A stretch of DNA of 34,145 nucleotides from Candidatus Bipolaricaulia bacterium (GCA_046758705.1 JBHIAT010000017.1:1-34145); one strand, 5' to 3'. Numbered from the stretch's first letter, positions 16,024 through 26,181 are shown. A program made the numbers and translations. Notes: generated from the sequence alone by a model not told the origin.

Positions 16024-16031
16024 CTACTTCA

Positions 16032-17846
16032 TTACTTCTCCGCCGACTCCGATCTATCTCCTTCCACAATCCGATCCGCCAGGGCACAGACCATGGCGAT
16101 CCCCTCCTCCCGCCTGATCCCTTCGTGACGGTCGAGCCGCTCGCGAAGCTCCCCTGAGATCAATCCATCGGCGTTAACTCCGTAAATGCTAGCGAGCTTC
16201 TCCAAGAAGGCGATCGCTTCCTCTTGGCTGATCGCCTCCTGGTCGACGAACAGGGCGAGATCATAAACGGACTTGATCCCCGGGGGCAGAGGGCGTAGCG
16301 CGTTGTTCAGCAGGTTGAGGAGGTAGCGCGGTGGCATCTCGGTCTCCAGTCTGAGGTTGTTATTGTAACCGCCGACGATCGACCCTCGCTTCCGCAGGCG
16401 GCGGATGCAGGGGTAAGTCCAATGATCGGCGTAAGGAGCGGAGATCTGGAACGGCTCCAGGTAGGCCCCCTGGGCGATCAGGAGCGCTTGGATCTGACGG
16501 ATCTCTTCCTGATCTTGAGCAAGTTTTCTGAAGTTCATCCCGTGCTGGACGCTGTAGGCAGCGGCGACTCCGGCCGCCTCACCCTCAGTCATCCCCACCG
16601 GAACCACTCGGACACTCCCCGCTGCCAATGCAGTGTAAGAGGCGGATCGGCCGACGACGAGCAGGTTGTCGACCCGCAACGGCACGAGCGACCGGAACGG
16701 GACGCTGTATTGAGCCGGAGTTCCGATGACGAACCCTCGTTCCTCGGGAATGGCCGGGTGGGTATCGATCGGATAGGACCCAATGGCGATTCGATCCCAG
16801 AAATCCCGGTTCTCGAGCACGTCGTTGACGGTCAATTGATACTCCCCGAGGATGTGTCGCGACTCCCGAACATATAGCTCGTCGGCGACCCCAATCAGAT
16901 AGGCGTTCTCAAACCCGGGCGCGTGCTCACGGAGGTAGACGATGATCCGCTCGACCTCTTGCTGTCCTCGGACCATCGCCTTCTGTCGCGAGGTGGGATC
17001 GAGCACGTCAACGTCGAAGATAAGGAGCGCGTTGATCAGGACGGAACCGTCTCGCTGTCTCCCAATGTTGAGGCCGCGCAGGCGCATCAACGGATCGCCC
17101 GGTCGGTAGTCGTTGATGAACTGCCCGTATCCCCAGGCTGAGGTAGCATCTGCCCCGGTCACCGGGTTTTTGTCGTTGTTCAGATACATCTGAATCGCTT
17201 CCCAGTCAACCCCGCCAACCTGGAAGACGAGCGTCGGGGCCATCGGCTGGCAGGAGAGGACCGAGATCTCGCAGATCTCCTCCCGCCCCACGGTATATGG
17301 AACGCCGCTTATTGCCGCCAGATCCGCATCCTCGGTCGCATCGATGAACCGGTCGGCGTAGACCGTCACCATTCCTCTTTCCCGGAGGATGAGCACACCT
17401 CGTAGGAGGTGCCCATCCTCACTGAGGATCGGTGCCACGACCTCGGTTCCGAGCATCAGGGTGAGATTTGGTTGCTTTGAGACGAGCTCCAGCAGCGCTG
17501 CTTCCGCCTCGGTCACGTCGAAGGAGGTCCTTCTCTCCAGTCGCTCGAACAACCATGCGAAGAGTCCTTGGGTGAGCAGCTGGTTCTCCGGTCCGTAGTT
17601 CATGTCGAAGCTGTTGAGTTTCGCCAAGGTGAGCACTCCACCCAGCTTCGGGCGGGATTCGATTAACAGGACGTGAGCGCCGTTTCGCGCCGCCGCCACC
17701 GCCGCCGCGACCCCCTCCGGCCCACCCCCGATGACGACCACCTCAAAGCGGTCCCGTTCCTCATCGGCAAGCCCTACAAGGGAGATCACCAGTATGAACC
17801 CCATCAAAGCGATGACTAGGCCCATGAATCGCTTCATGATCGACAC
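16032..17846 (-). CDS. FAD-dependent oxidoreductase with N-terminal signal/TM and C-terminal SLH-like motif
   Basis: VVVIGGGPEGVAAAVAAARNG, FIDATEDADLA, YVRESRHILG, YPIDTH, VPFRSLVP; DHWTYPCIRRLRKRGSIVGGY resembles an S-layer homology repeat. Confidence 0.85.
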   Translation of the reverse strand: MSIMKRFMGLVIALMGFILVISLVGLADEERDRFEVVVIGGGPEGVAAAVAAARNGAHVLLIESRPKLGGVLTLAKLNSFDMNYGPENQLLTQGLFAWLFERLERRTSFDVTEAEAALLELVSKQPNLTLMLGTEVVAPILSEDGHLLRGVLILRERGMVTVYADRFIDATEDADLAAISGVPYTVGREEICEISVLSCQPMAPTLVFQVGGVDWEAIQMYLNNDKNPVTGADATSAWGYGQFINDYRPGDPLMRLRGLNIGRQRDGSVLINALLIFDVDVLDPTSRQKAMVRGQQEVERIIVYLREHAPGFENAYLIGVADELYVRESRHILGEYQLTVNDVLENRDFWDRIAIGSYPIDTHPAIPEERGFVIGTPAQYSVPFRSLVPLRVDNLLVVGRSASYTALAAGSVRVVPVGMTEGEAAGVAAAYSVQHGMNFRKLAQDQEEIRQIQALLIAQGAYLEPFQISAPYADHWTYPCIRRLRKRGSIVGGYNNNLRLETEMPPRYLLNLLNNALRPLPPGIKSVYDLALFVDQEAISQEEAIAFLEKLASIYGVNADGLISGELRERLDRHEGIRREEGIAMVCALADRIVEGDRSESAEK

Positions 17847-19322
17847 TCAACTCCTCCAGTAATGTCGAGTGAGCAGAGCGAAGACGGGGAAGATCTCTAA
17901 CCTCCCTGCCCACATACAGAAGGTCAGGATCAACTTGGAAAGGCCGGAGAGCTGAGCATAGGAGCTCATCGGTCCGATGACCCCGAATCCTGGCCCGACG
18001 TTTCCCAGGGTGGCGGCAACCGCGCTCGCCCCCTCAAACAGGTTGAGCTCGTTTCCCCCGCGACTCCCGTCGATCATGATCAGCAGGGTCGCGAACGCGA
18101 ACAGAGCGACGTAGAGGATGGTGAATGCCATCACCCCGCGCAGCACCGACTCACCGATCGGTCGATCCCCCAGCCGCAGGGTGATGACCGCGTCCGGGTG
18201 AATCACCCGCTTGATCTCCCGACCGATGAACTTAAAGACGAGCAGCGCCCGGACGATCTTGATCGAACCGCCGGTGCTGCCAGCGCTGCCGCCGAAAAAC
18301 ATCAGCGTCAACAGCAAGGTCTTCGCCACCGTTCCCCAGGTGTTGAAATCGAAGCTGGCATAGCCGGTCGTGGTCATGATGCTCGACACCTGAAACAGGC
18401 TGTGTCTCAGGGCCACCTCCGTGCTGCGATACTGCTCGAACCTTAAGTTGGCGAACAGGATCAGCATAGCGATCAAGACGATCCCCAGGTAGAAACGGAA
18501 CTCTGAGTCCTTGAGCAGAATCCGGGCGCTCTTCCCGGTAATCCCCCGGTAGATCAACGCGAAGCTCATCCCGCCGAGCAGCATGAACGGGATAACGATC
18601 CATTGCGTCGCTGCGCCAAATGTCGCAATGCTGTTCGCCTGCGGCGAGAACCCTCCGGTGGACAGGGTGGTGAACGCGTGAGCGAAGGCATCGTAGGGGG
18701 ACAACCCAGTGAGGATCAGACCGATCGCCTCCAGAACGGTCAGCCCCACGTAGATCCGCCACAGGGCCCGGGCCGTCTCTCGGATCCTCGGGGTTAACTT
18801 TTCGATCTCGGGGCCGGGGGCCTCGGCTTCCATCAACTGTCGTCCCCCGACGGCGAGCTTTGGCAACACCGCCAGAGCGAGGACGATGATCCCCATGCCG
18901 CCGAGCCACTGAGTGAGGCCCCTCCATATCAGAATTGATCGGGAGTGGGATTCGATATCCACCATCACCGTCGCCCCGGTCGTGGTGAAGCCGCTCATCG
19001 CCTCGAAGTAGGCGTTCAACGGCGTGGCGACACTTCCCTCACCGGCGATCAGATACGGCAGGCTCCCGAACGCGGCGGTGACGAGCCAGGCGAGCGAGAC
19101 GACCAGAAATCCCTCTCGCACTCCGATCTCCTTGCTCTCGCGGGTTCTATGTTCGAGGGCGAAGCCGAGTAGAGCTGAAGCGAGCGTCGGGATCAGGAAC
19201 GGAAGGATCGTCTCGCGATTGACCAACGCGACGATGAATGGAACCAGATAAGCGAGGCTCATCCACTTGATGATCGCACCGATCAGGTGCAGGGAAGAAC
19301 GGACATCGACGACGATGCTCAA
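17847..19322 (-). CDS. trkH: Trk potassium uptake membrane subunit
   Basis: FEAMSGFTTTGAT, QWLGGMGII, TLSTGGFS, TTTGY, GSTGGSIK, LGNVGPG, GRLEIF. Confidence 0.95.
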   Translation of the reverse strand: MSIVVDVRSSLHLIGAIIKWMSLAYLVPFIVALVNRETILPFLIPTLASALLGFALEHRTRESKEIGVREGFLVVSLAWLVTAAFGSLPYLIAGEGSVATPLNAYFEAMSGFTTTGATVMVDIESHSRSILIWRGLTQWLGGMGIIVLALAVLPKLAVGGRQLMEAEAPGPEIEKLTPRIRETARALWRIYVGLTVLEAIGLILTGLSPYDAFAHAFTTLSTGGFSPQANSIATFGAATQWIVIPFMLLGGMSFALIYRGITGKSARILLKDSEFRFYLGIVLIAMLILFANLRFEQYRSTEVALRHSLFQVSSIMTTTGYASFDFNTWGTVAKTLLLTLMFFGGSAGSTGGSIKIVRALLVFKFIGREIKRVIHPDAVITLRLGDRPIGESVLRGVMAFTILYVALFAFATLLIMIDGSRGGNELNLFEGASAVAATLGNVGPGFGVIGPMSSYAQLSGLSKLILTFCMWAGRLEIFPVFALLTRHYWRS

Positions 19323-20644
19323 AGCAATGCCTCCACCGCTTTGACCTGCTCCTTCTTGCTGAACACGATGATCGTGTCCCCCGGCTGCAGGGTCGCCTCT
19401 CCGTCTGGGACGATCGCTTGTCCGTCGCGAACGATGGCCCCGATGATCGATCCGTAGGGGAACGTTACCGCTTTGAGCGGCTTCCCCGAGATCTGGCTCG
19501 ATGCCGATACCTCCATCTGGAGCACTTCGGCCTTATCGGTCCCGATGAGGCTGACCGCCCCGATCTTAGGGCCGCGGGTGAACCGGATAATTTGCTCGGC
19601 CATCAGGATATGCGGACTGATGACGACATCGACTCCAACGGCGGCGAACAACTCTGCGAAATCGGGGTTGGCGACGACAGCGATCGTCTTATTGGCACCG
19701 AGCTTCTTCACCAGAAGCGAGCTGAGCAGGTTCTTCTCATCGGAATCGACCACGCTGACGACCACATCCGCCTCACCGACCTTCTCCCGCTCGAGAAAGT
19801 CGAGATCGGTGCCGTCGTTTCGGAGCACCAGCGTTCGATGGAGTTCGGAGGCGATAAACTCGCTGCGTTCCTCGTCCCGTTCGATGACCCGCAGCTTCAG
19901 ACCCGTGCTCTCAAGCATTTGGGCCATCTTGAAGCCGATCCGTCCGCCGCCGATGATCACCACATCCCGGGCGCGCTCTCGGCGATCACTGAGCTTCCGG
20001 ATGAACGGACCCGCGGCCTCACCGGTGCCGATAACGACCACCCGATCGCCGGCCTGGATCCGATCGTCGCCGCGTGGGATGATGACCTCCTCGCCCCGCA
20101 GGATGCTGACGATCATGCACGGTCTAGGGACTTTAGCTTCCACGATGCGCAGACCGGCGAGCGGGGAACCCTCAGAAACCTTGAGCTCCACCATCTGGAT
20201 GCGGCCATCGGCGAACAGATCGACGTAGTCAGCCTCTGGCATCCCGATGATCCGGGCGATCACCTCGGCGGTGACCACCTCGCTGCAGACCATGAAATCG
20301 ACCCCGAGCCCCCTGCGGTTGGCCTTCCACGTCTCCAGGTATTCGGGGTCATGGACCCGGGCGATCGTCTTCGGGACACCGAGCTGCTTGGCGATCACCG
20401 AAGCGACGAAGTTCACCTCATCCACATTGGTGCTCGCGATCACCATATCGGTCTCCTCGATCCCGGCCTGTTTCAACACGCGTAAGCTCGCGCCGTTCCC
20501 CCGAATCGCCATGATGTCGTATCGATAACTGATGGCCCCGCAGTGCCCCTCATCTCGATCGATCGCCACGATCTCGTGCTCCCGATGGAGTTGTTCCACA
20601 ACCCTGGAGCCCACTCCACCGACCCCGATCACCATGATCCGCAT
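19319..20644 (-). CDS. trkA: Trk potassium uptake NAD-binding subunit (two RCK repeats)
   Basis: MRIMVIGVGGVG and VVIIGGGRIG Rossmann motifs with two TrkA_C domains; start at ATG 20644 after GGAGGG. Confidence 0.95.
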   Translation of the reverse strand: MRIMVIGVGGVGSRVVEQLHREHEIVAIDRDEGHCGAISYRYDIMAIRGNGASLRVLKQAGIEETDMVIASTNVDEVNFVASVIAKQLGVPKTIARVHDPEYLETWKANRRGLGVDFMVCSEVVTAEVIARIIGMPEADYVDLFADGRIQMVELKVSEGSPLAGLRIVEAKVPRPCMIVSILRGEEVIIPRGDDRIQAGDRVVVIGTGEAAGPFIRKLSDRRERARDVVIIGGGRIGFKMAQMLESTGLKLRVIERDEERSEFIASELHRTLVLRNDGTDLDFLEREKVGEADVVVSVVDSDEKNLLSSLLVKKLGANKTIAVVANPDFAELFAAVGVDVVISPHILMAEQIIRFTRGPKIGAVSLIGTDKAEVLQMEVSASSQISGKPLKAVTFPYGSIIGAIVRDGQAIVPDGEATLQPGDTIIVFSKKEQVKAVEALL

Positions 20645-20711
20645 CGTCTTGGATCCCTCCGAGTCTGTTGCCACTGTGCAAAAAAGTTGGCACTTCTGTA
20701 TCATAGCCTAG

Positions 20712-21548
20712 GTGAGCACAATGATCAACCAGCCGGAGACGGGGGACACGGAAACCATACCCATGCCACGCGAGATCGACTGGAACCGCCGTCCGATCAT
20801 CGGGATGGTTCACCTGTCTCCGCTTCCCGGGAGCTATCGATACACGGACTCTATGGAGGAGATCCTGGACCGGGCCCGCCGCGATGCCACATCACTCGCC
20901 ACGGGCGGAGTCGACGGCGTTCTCGTCGAGAACTTCGGCGATGCACCTTACCGGAAGCGTGCCGAACCGATCACCATCGCTGCGATGGCACGGGCGGTGA
21001 ACGAGGTCGTTGCCACGGTCGATCTGCCGGTCGGAGTCAACGTGCTGCGCAACGACGGTGTGGCGGCACTGGCGGTCGCCGCGATAGCCCAGGCAAGTTT
21101 CATCCGGGTCAACATCTGGAGCGGGGTCGCGTTCACCGATCAGGGGGTCATCGAGGGTTGTGCCGCCGAGGTGTTAGAGCTTAAACACCGGTTGGCCTCG
21201 CAGGTGGCGGTCCTGGCCGACGTCCATGTCAAGCACGCCGCCCACTTTGACCGGCTGGAGGCAGCGGTTCAAGACGCGGAGAGAAACCTGCCCGACGCGC
21301 TCATCGTCACCGGCCCGGGAACTGGAACCGCAGCCGACGTGGAAGCACTCCACGGGGTCAGGCGAATTGCTACGCTTCCGATCCTGGTGGGAAGCGGGAT
21401 CACCACGGAGAACCTGGGAGCATATCGGGAGGCCGACGGCTTTATCGTGGGGACGGCGTTGAAGCTAGAGGGGCATGTCAATAACGAGGTCGATCCGGCC
21501 AGAGTCGAGCGGTTGATGAAAGAGAGGGACAGGGTTTTTAGCAAGTAA
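20712..21548 (+). CDS. BtpA/SgcQ family TIM-barrel protein
   Basis: IIGMVHLSPLPG, VENFGDAPY, GVNVLRND, ADVHVKHA, IVTGPGTG, LVGSG; start uncertain (20721 or 20763 possible). Confidence 0.92.
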   Translation: MSTMINQPETGDTETIPMPREIDWNRRPIIGMVHLSPLPGSYRYTDSMEEILDRARRDATSLATGGVDGVLVENFGDAPYRKRAEPITIAAMARAVNEVVATVDLPVGVNVLRNDGVAALAVAAIAQASFIRVNIWSGVAFTDQGVIEGCAAEVLELKHRLASQVAVLADVHVKHAAHFDRLEAAVQDAERNLPDALIVTGPGTGTAADVEALHGVRRIATLPILVGSGITTENLGAYREADGFIVGTALKLEGHVNNEVDPARVERLMKERDRVFSK

Positions 21549-21561
21549 GGAGGTGGGACCG

Positions 21562-22761
21562 TTGTCGCTGAAACTAGCCGATTACCAGGAGATCGTCGGA
21601 AACTCGGTGATCGAGGAACTCCGGGCGCTGGCCGAGCCGTTGGCAGGCGTTTCACTGTTGCACATCAACGCCACCCGTGCCGGGGGCGGGGTCGCCGAGA
21701 TGCTCCTCAGTCTGGTGCCCCTGTTCAACGACCTGGGGCTTGAGACCCGCTGGGAGGTCATCGAGGGCACCGAACGATTCTTCGAGACGACCAAGCGCTT
21801 CCACAACGCGCTCCAGGGCAACCGAATCGAGATCCCCGAGGCGCTCCTTGAAGAGTATCGTCGGGTGAACCGGGAGAATGCCAAACGACTAGACTTGAGC
21901 GCGGATGTGGTGGTGATCCACGACCCGCAGCCCGCCGCCCTGATCGCTGCGCGTCCTAACAGCAACTGGGTGTGGCGCTGTCACATCGACCTTTCCGCAC
22001 CCGATCGGGACGTCTGGGGCTTCCTGTCTGAGTATGTGAAGCGATACGCCGCGGCCATCTTTTCACTGGAGGAGTTTTCTCAGGATCTACCGATCCCTGA
22101 GTGGATCATCCCGCCGTCGATCGACCCGTTGAGCGACAAGAACAAGGAGCTCGACAAGGCGCAGATCGAGGCGGTTTACGAACGCCATCGCATCCCTCGG
22201 GACAAGCCGGTGTTGCTCCAGGTCTCCCGGTTCGATCGGTTCAAGGATCCGGTCGGTGTGGTTGAAGCCTACCGACTCGCCAAGAAAGAGGTCGACTGCC
22301 GGCTGGTGCTCGCCGGGGGCGGGGCGGCCGACGATCCCGAGGGAGTCGAGGTGCTGGCCGACGTGCGCGAGGCGGCCGGGGACGATCCCGACATTCACAT
22401 CCTCGACCTGCCACCCGACAGTCATATCGAGATCAACGCCCTGCAGCGAGGCGCCGACGTCGTGATCCAAAAGTCGACCAAGGAGGGTTTCGGACTCACC
22501 GTGACCGAGGGGCTATGGAAGGGCAAACCGGTCGTCGGCGGTGCTGTGGGCGGCATCAAGCTTCAGATCATCGACGGCAAGACCGGCTATCTGGTCCGCT
22601 CCGTCGCCGAGACGGCCGAAAAGGTGTTGGTGTTGCTCCGAGATCCCGAGTGGGCGAAGCAGCTTGGTGAGGCAGGCCGGGAGCATGTGCGGGAGCGGTT
22701 CCTGATCACCCGTCACCTGAAAGACTACCTCCAGTTGATCCGATCGTTTCAGGATCGTTGA
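21562..22761 (+). CDS. treT: GT4 glycosyltransferase, trehalose synthase TreT-like
   Basis: INATRAGGGVAEML, HDPQP, WRCHID, PSIDPLSDKN, QVSRFDRFKDP, DDPEG, EGFGLTVTEGLWKGKPV; TTG 21562 fits the AAGGAGGTG SD better than GTG 21553. Confidence 0.85.
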   Translation: MSLKLADYQEIVGNSVIEELRALAEPLAGVSLLHINATRAGGGVAEMLLSLVPLFNDLGLETRWEVIEGTERFFETTKRFHNALQGNRIEIPEALLEEYRRVNRENAKRLDLSADVVVIHDPQPAALIAARPNSNWVWRCHIDLSAPDRDVWGFLSEYVKRYAAAIFSLEEFSQDLPIPEWIIPPSIDPLSDKNKELDKAQIEAVYERHRIPRDKPVLLQVSRFDRFKDPVGVVEAYRLAKKEVDCRLVLAGGGAADDPEGVEVLADVREAAGDDPDIHILDLPPDSHIEINALQRGADVVIQKSTKEGFGLTVTEGLWKGKPVVGGAVGGIKLQIIDGKTGYLVRSVAETAEKVLVLLRDPEWAKQLGEAGREHVRERFLITRHLKDYLQLIRSFQDR

Positions 22762-22777
22762 CCGAGTGATTCAACCG

Positions 22778-24043
22778 TTACCCTTTGACGTCCTGGTTCA
22801 GAAGCTCCAAGAACACCTCAACCACGTTTGGGTCAAAGTGCCTTCCGGCCTGCTCGCGAATGTATTTACGCGTTTTCTCTTCCGACCAAGCGGCGCGGTA
22901 CGGGCGGTCGGAGCATAGCGCATCCCACACGTCAACCACAGCAAAGATGCGTGCCGCCAGCGGGATTTGCTCCCCGTGCAGCCCGCGCGGGTAGCCTGTG
23001 CCGTCCCACTTCTCGTGATGGTAGTAGGGGATGTCCAACGCGGGCCGCAGATAGACGATGGGTGAGAGCAGTTCGTAGGCATGGCTTGGGTGACGGCGCA
23101 CGATTTCCCACTCTTCTTCGGTGAGCGGGCCAGGCTTGAGCAGAATGCTGTTAGGGATGTCCATCTTGCCGATGTCGTGTAGCAGTGCGCCGCGGCGGAC
23201 GTGCACCCGTTCCCCTGGGCTCATCCCCATAGCTCGTGCTATATGCACGGTCATCTCGGTGACTCGTTGGGTATGGCCTTCAGTCTCTTCGTCTCCCAGT
23301 TCAAGGGTGTTAGTCCAACCGGCGAGGGTGGTGTCTTGGGGCATGGCAAGTTCGATGTTGGAGCGTTGCAGTTCGTCGAACAGCGAGGGGTCGTCTTCGT
23401 CTATAGCAATGGCCACCTGCCCCGCCAGTGTCTCCAGAGCGTCCAGCCACCTCTGGTCGGGGTCGAGGAAAGCGCGGTGGAAGATTTCGAGCATGCCTTT
23501 GATCTGGCCGTTGACGATCAGCGGTGCGGCGTAGTAGGTGATGAACTCCTCGTCTGCCAGCAGTGGGGCCCGTTGAAACCCACCCATAGCCTCGGGCAGG
23601 CTGGAGATGCTGACGATGCGGCGTTCGAGCGCGGCGCGCCCAGCGTAGCTCTCGCCCAGTCGAAGGTTTGTGTGCTGGAGGGCTTGGGTACGGAAGCCGC
23701 GCCCGGCAGCGTATTCGAGCGTCTGTGTGTGCGGGTTGAGCAACAACACATCGGCGGCGTCGATGCCGAGTTGGGTGATCACCCGGTCGAGGAGGATGTT
23801 GAAGGCAACGTGCAGGTCGAGGCTGGCGGAGATGGCCATGTCAATCTCGCGTAGGGCATCGAGACGCTGAAGTCGCCGTTGAATCTGTTGTTGCGATCGC
23901 ACCCGCTCGGTTTCGACTGCTTCCAATTCAGCAATTCGTTGGCGCAACTTCACCAGTTCATTGATCAGTTGCTCTTTGGTCTTATCTTTATCTTTTATTT
24001 TGTGTGCCTTCCCAATTGGTATTTTTAACATCCATTCGGTCAT
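22778..24043 (-). CDS. Coiled coil-GAF-HD-GYP cyclic dinucleotide phosphodiesterase
   Basis: ETEGHTQRV, LLHDIGK, HHEKWDGTGYPRGL, RIFAVVDVWDAL, RPYR; GAF domain upstream; start uncertain. Confidence 0.9.
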   Translation of the reverse strand: MTEWMLKIPIGKAHKIKDKDKTKEQLINELVKLRQRIAELEAVETERVRSQQQIQRRLQRLDALREIDMAISASLDLHVAFNILLDRVITQLGIDAADVLLLNPHTQTLEYAAGRGFRTQALQHTNLRLGESYAGRAALERRIVSISSLPEAMGGFQRAPLLADEEFITYYAAPLIVNGQIKGMLEIFHRAFLDPDQRWLDALETLAGQVAIAIDEDDPSLFDELQRSNIELAMPQDTTLAGWTNTLELGDEETEGHTQRVTEMTVHIARAMGMSPGERVHVRRGALLHDIGKMDIPNSILLKPGPLTEEEWEIVRRHPSHAYELLSPIVYLRPALDIPYYHHEKWDGTGYPRGLHGEQIPLAARIFAVVDVWDALCSDRPYRAAWSEEKTRKYIREQAGRHFDPNVVEVFLELLNQDVKG

Positions 24044-24062
24044 CTGTCAATTGACTGACAGA

Positions 24063-24971
24063 TCACACTTCAAACGAGCTATAGCGAATCGCTTGGCTGG
24101 CGATCTCTTCAGCCTTCTGGATGTAGATCTTGCTGGTATCCGGGGAGCTGTGCCCGAGAAAGTTCTGGATTACCTGGAGCGGTGCGCCGTTGAGTGCCAT
24201 GTTGGTGGCGCAGGTGTGGCGCAGGGAGTGAGGGGTGATGTGCTTGGGAATCCCGACCTGTTCAATGTACCCCCGCACGATTCGGACCATGTGCGTCGGC
24301 GAGATCCTGGGATCGTCTCGGGACTTGCGGCTCTCGATGAGGTAGGACTCGCGGTCCTGTGGGCTCTGGAAGCTTTTCTCCGAGCGGCGCATGTACTCGA
24401 TCACCCGGGCAAACAGGTCATCGGCGATCGGGATCGTTCGCTCACGATTCCCCTTCCCTTGAACGGTCAGAAACGCCCGACCGTTCATCATCGAAAAATC
24501 CTTGAGCCGGATGTTGCGGATCTCTCCTTGGCGTAGACCGGCCTTCAGGCCCAGAGCGAAGATCAGGTAATCCCGCGGATCGTCGATGGCGCTGAGCAAC
24601 ATGCGCACCTCCGTCTCATCGAGCACCTCCTTGGGGCTGCGGCGGTTGACCTTTGGACTGCTGAGGATCTCGTCGATCTCCTCCGGTGACAGCGCCGTCG
24701 CACCGGTCCGACTGGCGAACTTGAAGAACGAACGCACCACCGAGAGCACCCGGGCGATCGTACTGTTGTGATAACCCCGCAGTTCCTGCTTGTAGTCGAG
24801 CAACATCTCGAGATCGACCTCGTCCACAAACTTGGTGGGAACCCGGGTGAAGAATCCAACGACGTCGCCTCGGTAGGCCTTAAGCGTATAGGGGGATGCG
24901 TCCGGCTTGAGTGATTGGAGGAAGCGGTGCAGGATCATCTCGTAGGGGTGGTGTCGGAAATCGGGCTTCAT
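24063..24971 (-). CDS. XerC/XerD-like tyrosine recombinase
   Basis: SAM-like N-terminus ([25 protein letters not shown]); catalytic GLRQGE, GKGNRER, HSLRH, LGHSS, KIY; ATG 24971 overlaps the metK stop (ATGA). Confidence 0.92.
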   Translation of the reverse strand: MKPDFRHHPYEMILHRFLQSLKPDASPYTLKAYRGDVVGFFTRVPTKFVDEVDLEMLLDYKQELRGYHNSTIARVLSVVRSFFKFASRTGATALSPEEIDEILSSPKVNRRSPKEVLDETEVRMLLSAIDDPRDYLIFALGLKAGLRQGEIRNIRLKDFSMMNGRAFLTVQGKGNRERTIPIADDLFARVIEYMRRSEKSFQSPQDRESYLIESRKSRDDPRISPTHMVRIVRGYIEQVGIPKHITPHSLRHTCATNMALNGAPLQVIQNFLGHSSPDTSKIYIQKAEEIASQAIRYSSFEV

Positions 24972-26158
24972 AAACCGGCGCGCTCCTTCAAGGCTTCCAC
25001 TCGGTCCGTCCATTCCCAGGGCAAGTCGAGCTCTGGCCGGCCGAAGTGGCCATAAGCGGAGAGCGGTTGGTAGATCGGCCGTCTCAGATCGAGTGTCTCG
25101 ATGATCGCGGCCGGACGGAAGTCGAAGCTGTCGCGGATGATCTCGGCCAGTCGGCTGTCGGAGAGGCGGCCGGTCCCAAAGCTGTTGACGGTGATGGCGA
25201 TCGGCTTGATCATCCCGATGGCATAGGCGATCTGGATCTCGCACTCCTCAGCCAACCCGGCCGCCACGACGTTCACCGCGACGTAGCGGGCCATGTATGA
25301 GCCGGAGCGATCGACCTTGGTCGGATCCTTCCCCGACAGAGCCCCGCCTCCGTGACTCCCGTAACCGCCGTAGGTATCGACGATGATCTTTCTGCCGGTC
25401 ATCCCGGTGTCGGCCTGGGGCCCCCCTTCTACAAACCGGCCTGAGGGATTGATGCGCACTTTTGTCTCTTTATCCATCCAGTCATCCAGGATCGGCTCGA
25501 TCACCGCCTTCCGGATCCCCGTCTCCAGTTCCTGTTTCGATAGTTCGGGATCGTGTTGCGCTGAGATCAGCACCGTATGCACTCGGATGGGTGCCCGGCC
25601 CTCGTACTCCACCGTTACCTGAGACTTGCCATCGGGGCGTAGATAGGGCAGAATCCGCTCCTTACGAACCTCGGCCATCCGCCGGGTGAGTCGATGGGCG
25701 AGCATGATGGGCAGGGGCATCAGTTCCTCGGTCATGTTGTTGGCGTAGCCGTACATGATCCCCTGATCCCCGGCTCCGAGGGCCTGATAGCGATCTTGTT
25801 GTCCCCCCCGGGTCTCCTTCGCGCGACTGACGGCCTGAGCGATGTCAGGAGACTGCTCACTGACGGAGGTGAGCACGGCAATCTCCTCACAATTGAACCC
25901 ATGCTCCGGCCGATCGTACCCGACGGCCCGGATCTGGTCCCGGGCGATTCTGGGGATGTTGACGGACGTGGTCGTCGTGATCTCTCCACCGATCAATGCC
26001 AGGCCGGTCGTCAGAAAAACCTCACAGGCAACCCGAGCCTCAGGATCCTGGATGAGAATGGCGTCCAAGATACTGTCGGCGATCCTATCGGCTAGCTTGT
26101 CGGGGTGACCTTCCGTCACCGATTCGGAGGTGAACAGTTTTTTGTCGTGGCGCCCCAT
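24968..26158 (-). CDS. metK: S-adenosylmethionine synthetase (bacterial type)
   Basis: [55 protein letters not shown]. Confidence 0.98.
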   Translation of the reverse strand: MGRHDKKLFTSESVTEGHPDKLADRIADSILDAILIQDPEARVACEVFLTTGLALIGGEITTTTSVNIPRIARDQIRAVGYDRPEHGFNCEEIAVLTSVSEQSPDIAQAVSRAKETRGGQQDRYQALGAGDQGIMYGYANNMTEELMPLPIMLAHRLTRRMAEVRKERILPYLRPDGKSQVTVEYEGRAPIRVHTVLISAQHDPELSKQELETGIRKAVIEPILDDWMDKETKVRINPSGRFVEGGPQADTGMTGRKIIVDTYGGYGSHGGGALSGKDPTKVDRSGSYMARYVAVNVVAAGLAEECEIQIAYAIGMIKPIAITVNSFGTGRLSDSRLAEIIRDSFDFRPAAIIETLDLRRPIYQPLSAYGHFGRPELDLPWEWTDRVEALKERAGL

Positions 26159-26181
26159 GGTATCCCTATCCTCTGACCCCC

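Noticed and set aside
19418-20485. Long antisense ORFs (also 26166-27134, 7861-8592) and other alternative-frame ORFs
   Set aside because: Shadows of well-supported GC-rich genes, with no motifs.
22778-24971. Prophage or integrative element around the tyrosine recombinase
   Set aside because: No phage, conjugation or excisionase genes and no att direct repeat were found; the recombinase is coupled to metK.
24972-25244. N-terminal extension of the recombinase ORF
   Set aside because: It lies inside metK in another frame; the ATGA overlap at 24968-24971 marks the real start.
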